Below, in pieces: positions 56,654-64,000 of a DNA stretch of 64,000 nucleotides (positions within the stretch are counted from its first letter, which is position 1; each line of letters begins with the position of its first letter). Where the stretch lies: NCBI GenBank assembly GCA_038207395.1, contig JBBQZW010000001.1:77530-141529 (forward strand), read 5' to 3'. Under the pieces are notes generated by a model. It searched no databases. It had not been told where the DNA came from and saw nothing but the letters and a program-made list of their open reading frames with translations. The position numbers and the translations under genes were made by a program. The stretch is from Minisyncoccia bacterium. GTDB lineage: Bacteria > Patescibacteriota > Minisyncoccia > Phycocordibacterales > Phycocordibacteraceae.

Positions 56654-56896
56654 TTACGCGGGAATTCCCACGAGTGCTGCAATCTTTTCCTTATCAAACC
56701 CGACGATTACTTCTCCGTCGATATCGAAGACTGGTACGGCCATTCCGCCACTCTTAGCTGCCATTTCTTGGCGCTTCTCAAGATCAGTCTGCACATTATA
56801 GTCCGTGAACGGAATATTATTCTCGGTAAACCAGTCCTTTGCTGCATGGCAGAAATGACACGTCGGGGTGCTGTAAATAGTAATGTTTGTAGCCAT
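56654..56896 (-). CDS. Glutaredoxin-like protein (NrdH/YruB type)
   Basis: IYSTPTCHFC, AVPV..IDGE.IVGFD. Confidence 0.94.
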   Translation of the reverse strand: MATNITIYSTPTCHFCHAAKDWFTENNIPFTDYNVQTDLEKRQEMAAKSGGMAVPVFDIDGEVIVGFDKEKIAALVGIPA

Positions 56897-56955
56897 ATCG
56901 TAGATGATTAGATACGTAGTATATCATTTTGAGTTATCCCCACTACCCATAGGCG

Positions 56956-57324
56956 CTAGCGGAAGTGAAGAAAAGTCTTTACCCTATCCCAAAATGTTGG
57001 TAGGGGCGGAGGCGCTAGATCTTTTTTTGGCACGATAATAATAACTTCTTCTCCGGGCTTTGCCACGCCAAAGGTCTCACGCATGGAGGCCTCCTGACCG
57101 CGCTCCGTGTCTAAGTCAGTAACCGTTGCCGAAAGCACTGCCTTTCGTGCATCAAGTGCAGCTAGCTGAGCGCGAGTATCTGCTACCGTAATTCGCGCCG
57201 TTTGTTCTTTATGGAAAATACCGATTACTAAAAAAGAAAGCCAAAGTACGAGCGCTGCCAGCACGGCAATAACTCCTAACTCACGAGGCGTTATTGGTGC
57301 GCTACGTGTTTTGCGTCGAGCCAT
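56956..57324 (-). CDS. Septum formation initiator FtsB/DivIC-like
   Basis: TM, coiled coil, E...RE.FG..KPGE.V. Confidence 0.85.
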   Translation of the reverse strand: MARRKTRSAPITPRELGVIAVLAALVLWLSFLVIGIFHKEQTARITVADTRAQLAALDARKAVLSATVTDLDTERGQEASMRETFGVAKPGEEVIIIVPKKDLAPPPLPTFWDRVKTFLHFR

Positions 57325-57347
57325 CCTTCAACTATAGCAAACCCTGG

Positions 57348-59141
57348 TTAACGATCACTATCCTGAACCATTTTCATGAATACATCCTGGGGAATATCCA
57401 TTTTTGCGTGCGCTCCTCGGCGCTTTTTTCCTTTCTTTTGTTTTTCCAAAAGCTTCATTTTTCGCGTAATATCACCGCCGTATAGATATCCCGTAACATC
57501 CTTACGCATAGCGGAGATAGATTTAGAAGCAACAATGCGACCCAGAGCATGTGCTTGAATCTTAAGTACGAACATCTGCTTAGGAAGAATTTGCTGGAGT
57601 TTTTCTACCATACGCTCCCCTTCTTCAACCACACGACGTGCTGAAACTACTCGTGAAAACGCTGGTACTGGCTCTTCTGCTACGAATATTTCAAGCTTCA
57701 CCACATCAGCTGAACGTTCATCAAGAAATTCATACGCGAGAGATGCATACCCTGAAGATGCATTCTTTACCTTATCGAAGAATCCACGCATAAGTTCACG
57801 GAGTGGCATTTCAACCGTTAGTTCAATTCGCCCATCCATATGAGCGTCAGTACTTTTCACATCACCTTCGTGATCGTGGAAGAGTTGAATCATTCCAGAG
57901 AGGGTATCGGCAGGAGTTATCAAAATAACCTTTACCCAAGGCTCTTCAATCTTCAGTGTCTCTCCAAACGCAGGGAATTTAGAAGGCGTATAGATAGTTT
58001 CACGTTTCCCTTGCTTATCCGTAACGATGTACGCAATAGTTGGAATAGTAATAATAAGTTCAAGATCAAACTCACGCTTCAAACGCTCAGTAACAATCTC
58101 AAGATGGAGCATACCAAGGAAACCACAGCGGAATCCGCGCCCAAGCATGCCGGACGATTCTTCTTCAAATGAAAGTGAAGAATCTGAAAGACGGAGCCGT
58201 TCAAGCGCCTGTCGCAGTTCAGTAAGATCATCCTGACTTTCAGGGTAGACGGAGGCCCATACCACTGGGCGAGGTCTTTCAAAACCTTCGAGTCCTTCCG
58301 TTGAGCCTTGATTACTAATAACCGTGTCTCCTACGTTCACGATTCCTGCTTCTTTAACGCCTGTTACCAAATACCCAATCTCTCCCGCTGAGAGAGTGTC
58401 CATAGTTTTTTCATCTGGCATAAAAATACCCGTCTCAAGGGCCGTAAAACGCTCTCCTGCAGCAGCAAACCGTAGTACGTCACCCTTTTTAAAGGAACCG
58501 TCGAATACGCGCATAAAGACGGTAATACCGCGATGTGTTGAATAGGAAAAGTCGAAAATAAGTGCGCGACCATTTCCAGCACTCGGGCGAGGAGCCGGCA
58601 CTCGCTTCACGATAGACTCAAGGAGGTCTTCAACCCCTTCTCCCGTACGCCCAGAAACACGCAGTACGCTGTCCGGGTCAACCGACAAAAGTTCAGCAAG
58701 CTCGAGAGATACGTCATCAGGACGCGCCGCAGGCGCGTCTATCTTTGAAATAACAGGAATAATCACACATCCAGCGTCGAGCGCCATACGCAGTGTGGTG
58801 AGCGTCTGTGCCTGTATACCTTGCGTTGAGTCCACCAAAAGAAGGACACCCTCAACGGCTTGAAGTGAACGGGAAACTTCGTACGCAAAATCTATGTGCC
58901 CAGGCGTATCAATAAGGTTCATGATATACGACTCCCCTTCCTTACTCGTATATTCCATACGCACCGGCTGCATCTTTATCGTAATACCGCGCTCACGTTC
59001 CAGATCCATCTTATCTAATACCTGATCACGCATTTTTCGCGCTTCGATAGTTCCAGTACGCTCAAGAAGCCGGTCCGCAAGGGTCGACTTTCCATGATCA
59101 ACATGGGCAATAATACTGAAATTACGAATCTTGGTGGTCAT
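57348..59141 (-). CDS. lepA: Elongation factor 4 (LepA)
   Basis: IRNFSIIAHVDHGKSTLADR, GFRCGFLGMLH, YGGDITRK.KLLEKQK.GK. Confidence 0.98.
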   Translation of the reverse strand: MTTKIRNFSIIAHVDHGKSTLADRLLERTGTIEARKMRDQVLDKMDLERERGITIKMQPVRMEYTSKEGESYIMNLIDTPGHIDFAYEVSRSLQAVEGVLLLVDSTQGIQAQTLTTLRMALDAGCVIIPVISKIDAPAARPDDVSLELAELLSVDPDSVLRVSGRTGEGVEDLLESIVKRVPAPRPSAGNGRALIFDFSYSTHRGITVFMRVFDGSFKKGDVLRFAAAGERFTALETGIFMPDEKTMDTLSAGEIGYLVTGVKEAGIVNVGDTVISNQGSTEGLEGFERPRPVVWASVYPESQDDLTELRQALERLRLSDSSLSFEEESSGMLGRGFRCGFLGMLHLEIVTERLKREFDLELIITIPTIAYIVTDKQGKRETIYTPSKFPAFGETLKIEEPWVKVILITPADTLSGMIQLFHDHEGDVKSTDAHMDGRIELTVEMPLRELMRGFFDKVKNASSGYASLAYEFLDERSADVVKLEIFVAEEPVPAFSRVVSARRVVEEGERMVEKLQQILPKQMFVLKIQAHALGRIVASKSISAMRKDVTGYLYGGDITRKMKLLEKQKKGKKRRGAHAKMDIPQDVFMKMVQDSDR

Positions 59142-60819
59142 GTACGTGGACGGGATCGAAGGGAGAGAGCGATTTAAATGACGTTAGGCGACGCAAAGAA
59201 TCAATCAAATCGCTAAATTCTTTGTTCTCTAGGAGCCATAGCACGCCTGCAGCAACGAATAACCCAACCATACCAGCAAGGAGACCATCCGCAAACACCG
59301 TGGTCAGATTCGTAAGGGGAGCTATGATCCCCACAACCGCTAATGTGGCGTAACTCGCGGCACCTCCCAGTATGGCTGCTCCAAGACCTTCAGCTAACGG
59401 GCGCATCAATGAACGCGCAACCCCTGGCGCCACACTTCCTAACGTGGCTAAGGCAATCACTAACATGACAAACTGGCCGATCGTATATCCAAGTGCGATG
59501 AAAAGTACTGATGAACCAGGAACATTCTCAACGCGTAGAAGCGACTCCATAAAGTACGTAAGCATCGGCCATTCCCGGGCGGCATGAATAAGACCATATG
59601 CAGCAGCCACTGAAACACCTGCATCCCCAAGCTGCACAAACAGTGGATTCCAGGAACGTCCTGCTGCATAGAACGCGCGTGCGCAAAGAAGGATAATGCC
59701 CTGCGCCAAAAGCGCCATAACCAGTACGGCAAGAATAGCAGCAGTAAGACGTGTATCATCCCAATTAAAGGCTCCTGTGCCAAGAATTATACGCACAATA
59801 TGAGCACGCAGTACCATCGTAAGAACGGTAATAACTGAAGACCAGAAAACAATATGTCTGGCAGCTACAGTTACTGTTGCTTTAAAGGCTTCATATTTAC
59901 GTGCTCCTGCCTGTTCTGCAAGTACTGGAAACGCTGCAGTGGCATAGGAAGCTGCGATGAGTGAAAGAGGTACTGCCTGTAAGTTCGCTGCGAGTGTGTA
60001 GACTGCCACCCCCCCTTCGCCTGACCGAGAAGCAAACGCTATTAGGATGAGTGTCGTGAGTGAACTCATCGCGAGCGCGAGCGAACGCGGAAGTGAGTGC
60101 GCAAACAGATTCATGAGTTCTGCACGCCGAGGCAGTGCAAACCGAGGCAATAACCCTGCGTGCAAAACAATAGGTATATGAAGCGATACGTGTAATACCG
60201 CGCCGAACAATACACCTACTCCTATGCCCACGAGTCCAAACCGTGGGTAGAGGAGTACCGTACCCGCGATAATTGCCAGATTATACAGAACGGGTGAAAT
60301 CGCGAACAGCATAAAGCGTCGTTCAATCTGAGTTACGCTCGAGAGCACACTAGAGAGCCCGAGGAGTATCGGCTGAATAAGGAGCATACGTGTTAAGAAC
60401 ACAAATTCACTCTGATGCGCACCTGCCATGAGCGCGGGGAAAAGAATTCTAAGGAACTGTGGCGCAAACAAGGCAAGTACCGCGCACACTAAACCACCGA
60501 ATATAAGAAGGAACGTGGCTGCTTGAGAAAGCAGCCGACGCGCATTCTCTTTGCCGTAATTCTCAATGCGTTCAGTGATACTTGGAATTAGCACATACGC
60601 AGAAACTAATGACACCACGAGCGCGTACACGAAGTCCGGAACCTTGAATGCCGCATAGTAAACATCCAGAACTTCTCCGGCTCCAAACATGTGCGCAAAA
60701 ATACGGTCGCGTATAAGTGCCAATATTTGTGACGCTAGCGTTAGACCAGCAAGCAGATACGCGGCCTGGTGAAGGCCGCGTATCGGTGCCGTAAGGCGGG
60801 AGAGGATGTTTCGCACCAT
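59122..60819 (-). CDS. murJ: Lipid II flippase MurJ/MviN
   Basis: RDR..A..FGAG...D.Y.AAF.VPD, many TMs, RAFYA. Confidence 0.93.
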   Translation of the reverse strand: MVRNILSRLTAPIRGLHQAAYLLAGLTLASQILALIRDRIFAHMFGAGEVLDVYYAAFKVPDFVYALVVSLVSAYVLIPSITERIENYGKENARRLLSQAATFLLIFGGLVCAVLALFAPQFLRILFPALMAGAHQSEFVFLTRMLLIQPILLGLSSVLSSVTQIERRFMLFAISPVLYNLAIIAGTVLLYPRFGLVGIGVGVLFGAVLHVSLHIPIVLHAGLLPRFALPRRAELMNLFAHSLPRSLALAMSSLTTLILIAFASRSGEGGVAVYTLAANLQAVPLSLIAASYATAAFPVLAEQAGARKYEAFKATVTVAARHIVFWSSVITVLTMVLRAHIVRIILGTGAFNWDDTRLTAAILAVLVMALLAQGIILLCARAFYAAGRSWNPLFVQLGDAGVSVAAAYGLIHAAREWPMLTYFMESLLRVENVPGSSVLFIALGYTIGQFVMLVIALATLGSVAPGVARSLMRPLAEGLGAAILGGAASYATLAVVGIIAPLTNLTTVFADGLLAGMVGLFVAAGVLWLLENKEFSDLIDSLRRLTSFKSLSPFDPVHVHDHQDS

Positions 60820-60862
60820 CCCTCTATTCTACAGTATTGATCTGCTGTAGTCCTGCTATTTC

Positions 60863-63295
60863 TTACTTAGTTAGCGCTGGCGTGGCTACTGGTGCCTTAC
60901 CGTCACTAACGGTTGTCTGAGGAATTCCTAACTGACCCTGGCGCGCAGGAGGAAAGGGATTCTTTCCAATCTTAAGAAGCGCGATATCAGCCTCCACCGC
61001 TTTTGCGTTCTCTGCTGAAATATTAGAGATTGCCGTTAGCTGATCGAGAGCTTGAGGGAACTGACCCTTATTTGCATACCCTACCGCAAGGAAGAATCGT
61101 GCATTTGAGTACTGCGTATTCTGCTGGACAGCAGCACTAAGGGCAGCAATTGCTCCGTCCGTATTTCCTGTTCCAAGTCGAAGAATACCTACCTGGAAGA
61201 GAACGTTTGGATCGTTAGGAGCGAAGTACAGTGCAGCTTCAGCTGCCTGCAATGCTTCCTTTGCCTTACCTTCCTGAACCTGAAGCTGTGAGAGGAGGAG
61301 CGTTGCCTGTGTGTAATCACGCTTCAATCCTATAGCCTTAGTAAGCTCTGCTTCCGCAGCTGCTCCGTTACCCTGCGCAATTTCAAGCTGTGCAAGAGCA
61401 AATGGAAGCGTTGGGTTTGTTGGGTTAAGCGCTATAGCTTTAGCGTACGCAGCCTTTGCGTTGTCATAAGCTCCCTGAATTTTGAGGGGTACAACAGCCT
61501 GGTACACATTTCCGAGCACTACCCAGTTGCGATAGTTGTTCGGTGCAATCTGTGTGGCAAGCGTTGAGGCCTGGATACCCGTAGAAAGGGCGGCCTGGAA
61601 CTGCTGCTGTGCCTGAGATGCAGAGAGGGTTGTATCGTTCGCTATGGTTTGCATCTGTGAGATGCTTGCCGCAGCTGCTAACTGATAGGCGCGATCAGAA
61701 GGAGCAAACAAGAGTGAACGGTTTATGTCAGCAGATCCCTTTTGAAGGTTCCCTGCATTCAAGCTTTGTACTGCTTGTGCGTAGGCAACACTACCTAAGT
61801 AGCGCTCAACCACTACGTATGCGGCTACCACTGAAGCTAGGAGCAAAAGAGTAAGGCCGAATACAATTACGAATCCAAGTCGTGGATTACGGCTGAAGAT
61901 AATTCCCCATTCACGACGACTTCCGCCGTAGCGAAGTGAAGATACGAACAATCCAGCCAAGAAGAATCCTGAGACAAGCACTACGGGGCCAGGATTGGTT
62001 GCAAGCGCAAGGACCAGTACGTAACTTGCTCCTACGAATGAGGCAATTGATACGAATCGAGCGTACGACTCTTCAGGAGCACGGAAGAGAAGCGTACGGA
62101 TACCAATGAAGAAGAACAAGCCAAGGAAGCCGAGCCACGCAAGTAGTCCAACAATACCTGTTGTTATGGCTGATGTTGGAATGACACCAATGCCTGAGGT
62201 GAAATCAATGTTCCAGAAGACCGTATCATTAAGCGTTCGGTCACGGAATGCGAGCCACTGAGAACCAAACGTTCCTGGACCAGATCCGAAGAGTGGTGAG
62301 GATGCGTAGGTGTGACTCCCCACGTCAAACGTAGACTGCCACGATGGACGAACATCAAGATAATTCGTACCGACAGCATTAACGAGTGATGCGCCAATAG
62401 TACTTCCTCCAATAAGGAAGAAGAGAGAGACGACGAGTACTGCAAGAGGCGCAGCAAGATTCTTCGTTTCTGAACTTTGAATCGGTTCTGCATCAAGTGA
62501 TACTTCTGATACTCCGTCGAAATCTTCATCAGCAGACATCGGAGCGCGACGCATGATTGCTTCGATAAAGAGTCCAAGCGCTGTAAGTGCAACAAGTGCC
62601 CAGATAAAACCTGAGTTCACGAGTGCGATAGCAATAAGCGCAATTGCCCCTGTAATCCAAACAAAACGCTTCGTTAGTGTTTTGAGTGAAAGAAAACGGA
62701 GCGCAAGAAGTGAGATGGTAATACCAAGACCTGCAAGCATGCCGAGGTCAGAGAATGTTCCAACTACGTTTGCGGTTGGTGAGAACTTTCCACTTGCAAC
62801 ATGTCCCAAGATAAGGAATACCACCTGGGCAGCAAGTAGGAGTGCGTACACAATACTCGCAACTTTAAAGAAGATGCGGTACTGCGCTGAGCGGCGGAAC
62901 GTAAGCGCAACGATAGTAGCGAATGCAGCGAGAATAACCATGAAGCCAAGAGTGTCGGTTTCAAGTTCAGTACCTAAGAGTCCTGCGCGAAGACCTCCTC
63001 CAGAGAAGAGACTTGAGAGCAGGTATGCTGCAGGCACAAGCCAGAACGCTCCAAGGAGTGTTGCTGGCGGAACGATAATGTTCCCGCGCGTAAGGCGCGC
63101 GAGTATATACAGCGCAAGCGCAATGATGCCGCCAATGGCGACGATTGATACTTTGCTATATATGAACGGGATCGTCGCTGACGGTATAAATGCCAGCGCC
63201 GCGACTGCACCAGTAAGGACTAACGCCCATACGGCGAGTGTGTCGAACGTTACGCGTCGTGGGTTTGACGCTGAGGGGACGGTTTGTATGTCCAT
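60863..63295 (-). CDS. O-antigen-ligase (Wzy_C)-like polytopic membrane protein with C-terminal TPR repeats
   Basis: About 12 TMs, PLFGSGPGTF, GIVGLL, then TPRs (A..LNP.NP, APNDP). Confidence 0.8.
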   Translation of the reverse strand: MDIQTVPSASNPRRVTFDTLAVWALVLTGAVAALAFIPSATIPFIYSKVSIVAIGGIIALALYILARLTRGNIIVPPATLLGAFWLVPAAYLLSSLFSGGGLRAGLLGTELETDTLGFMVILAAFATIVALTFRRSAQYRIFFKVASIVYALLLAAQVVFLILGHVASGKFSPTANVVGTFSDLGMLAGLGITISLLALRFLSLKTLTKRFVWITGAIALIAIALVNSGFIWALVALTALGLFIEAIMRRAPMSADEDFDGVSEVSLDAEPIQSSETKNLAAPLAVLVVSLFFLIGGSTIGASLVNAVGTNYLDVRPSWQSTFDVGSHTYASSPLFGSGPGTFGSQWLAFRDRTLNDTVFWNIDFTSGIGVIPTSAITTGIVGLLAWLGFLGLFFFIGIRTLLFRAPEESYARFVSIASFVGASYVLVLALATNPGPVVLVSGFFLAGLFVSSLRYGGSRREWGIIFSRNPRLGFVIVFGLTLLLLASVVAAYVVVERYLGSVAYAQAVQSLNAGNLQKGSADINRSLLFAPSDRAYQLAAAASISQMQTIANDTTLSASQAQQQFQAALSTGIQASTLATQIAPNNYRNWVVLGNVYQAVVPLKIQGAYDNAKAAYAKAIALNPTNPTLPFALAQLEIAQGNGAAAEAELTKAIGLKRDYTQATLLLSQLQVQEGKAKEALQAAEAALYFAPNDPNVLFQVGILRLGTGNTDGAIAALSAAVQQNTQYSNARFFLAVGYANKGQFPQALDQLTAISNISAENAKAVEADIALLKIGKNPFPPARQGQLGIPQTTVSDGKAPVATPALTK

Positions 63296-63496
63296 ATTTT
63301 TACTCCGTTATTACGGGATTAACCCAGATATACATGATGAATTCTTGGCGCTACTTATTTTCGCAATCAAGGCCATACATGCGTATCGACTATTAAGAAC
63401 GCACCTTATTAGTATACGTTGGACGTGCGGTCTGAAGTTGATGTATACGCACGCGGTGTGGATAATAAAAAAGGAAACATACTATATTTGTAAGGC

Positions 63497-63534
63497 AAAT
63501 GAAAAAACCACGCGTGAGCGTGGTTTTTTCATTT
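63497..63534 (-). terminator. Terminator after rnpB
   Basis: aaatgaaaaaaccacgc-gtga-gcgtggttttttcattt. Confidence 0.85.
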
Positions 63535-63537
63535 GAT

Positions 63538-63912
63538 TGACTGGTACGATAAGCCGAATTCTGTACGAACTACCCCCAAAGGAATCTTTCGTGACGACCA
63601 TCTATCTGGGATGACTGTTACCAGCCACCTCGAGCGGCGCTCATCGTGTAGTGCATTGCTGCAAAACATGAAGCACGGCCTTGCACAGAAGTAAGGATTT
63701 GGCCGTTTCAGCCTGACGTCACCGTCAGGACGCTCTCAAGCCGAGACCTGAGAACACCTAGCTTTTCAGCATCAGTCGTTTCTGTTCGCACCTCGCAGAT
63801 CACTCTGGACGGGAATTACCCGCTACCCTTCTGCTAAAAGCAGAGCTTTTAGCCTGTGTTCGGACTTTCCTCTCCAAGAACGGTGTTCAGGAGCGATCGT
63901 CTGTACCAGTCA
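63538..63912 (-). ncRNA. rnpB: RNase P RNA
   Basis: Minus strand: GAGGAAAGTCCG, ACAGAAAC, TGAAACG, GCAAG, ACAGAATTCGGCTTA; terminal P1 helix TGACTGGTAC/GTACCAGTCA. Confidence 0.95.
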
Positions 63913-63931
63913 GAGCGTATTATACCACGTT

Positions 63932-64000
63932 TTAGAGGATTTCGCAGGATCCCGCCACACAGGCAAGCTCTTTCTTAAGCTCAGTCTCATCGGACCGTTC
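63932..64000 (-). CDS. C-terminal end of a probable class II ribonucleotide reductase (NrdJ type), partial
   Basis: ...ERSDETELKKELACVAGSCEIL stop; C-x4-C redox tail typical of NrdJ; only 22 codons visible. Confidence 0.6.
   Translation of the reverse strand, partial: ERSDETELKKELACVAGSCEIL

Noticed and set aside
62553-63536. 327-aa plus-strand ORF
   Set aside because: Antisense shadow of the Wzy_C/TPR gene with no recognisable motifs; the same applies to most short overlapping ORFs in the track.
1-64000. CRISPR array, integrase, transposase, prophage or rRNA
   Set aside because: No regularly spaced repeats, recombinase motifs, phage structural genes or rRNA sequence were seen.
1-64000. 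Alternative genetic code (TGA=Gly, as in Gracilibacteria/Absconditabacteria)
   Set aside because: Conserved genes translate full-length under code 11, and TGA ends genes such as lepB and iscS.

Overview
Gene-dense bacterial chromosome segment, standard code 11. It is most consistent with a reduced-genome Patescibacteria (CPR) organism, probably Parcubacteria; this is inferred from short IF-2, S1 and ValRS, dispersed tRNAs mostly without CCA, and VirB2/TrbC-like pilin arrays. The housekeeping backbone includes serS, dprA-topA, relA/spoT, parB, miaA, rpmG, clpB, iscS, infB-rbfA, gyrA, rpsA, pth, lepB, rpsU-ybeY-ftsA-ftsZ, trxB, tsaD-valS, lepA-murJ, RNase P RNA and 11 tRNAs. Small accessory blocks interrupt it. 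The best candidate for an undescribed system is at 9.3-12.3 kb: two paralogous pilin-like proteins share a conserved N-terminal carrier but have different predicted peptidoglycan-hydrolase tips (lysozyme/SLT-like and M15/LAS-like Zn peptidase). Each lies next to a small membrane-anchored protein that could be an immunity factor, and an array of five plain pilins lies at 24.8-26.9 kb. Other leads are an orphan MazF/PemK toxin facing a tiny convergent promoter-hairpin-terminator unit, and a cluster of ATP-grasp ligase, Asp/Glu racemase, ATE/Bpt-like transferase and methyltransferase. The window also has degenerate HisRS-like and HtrA-like proteins, a pervasive leaderless-promoter signature on core genes, and several unannotated small ORFs. 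All family calls come from motif recognition by eye; no database search was run.
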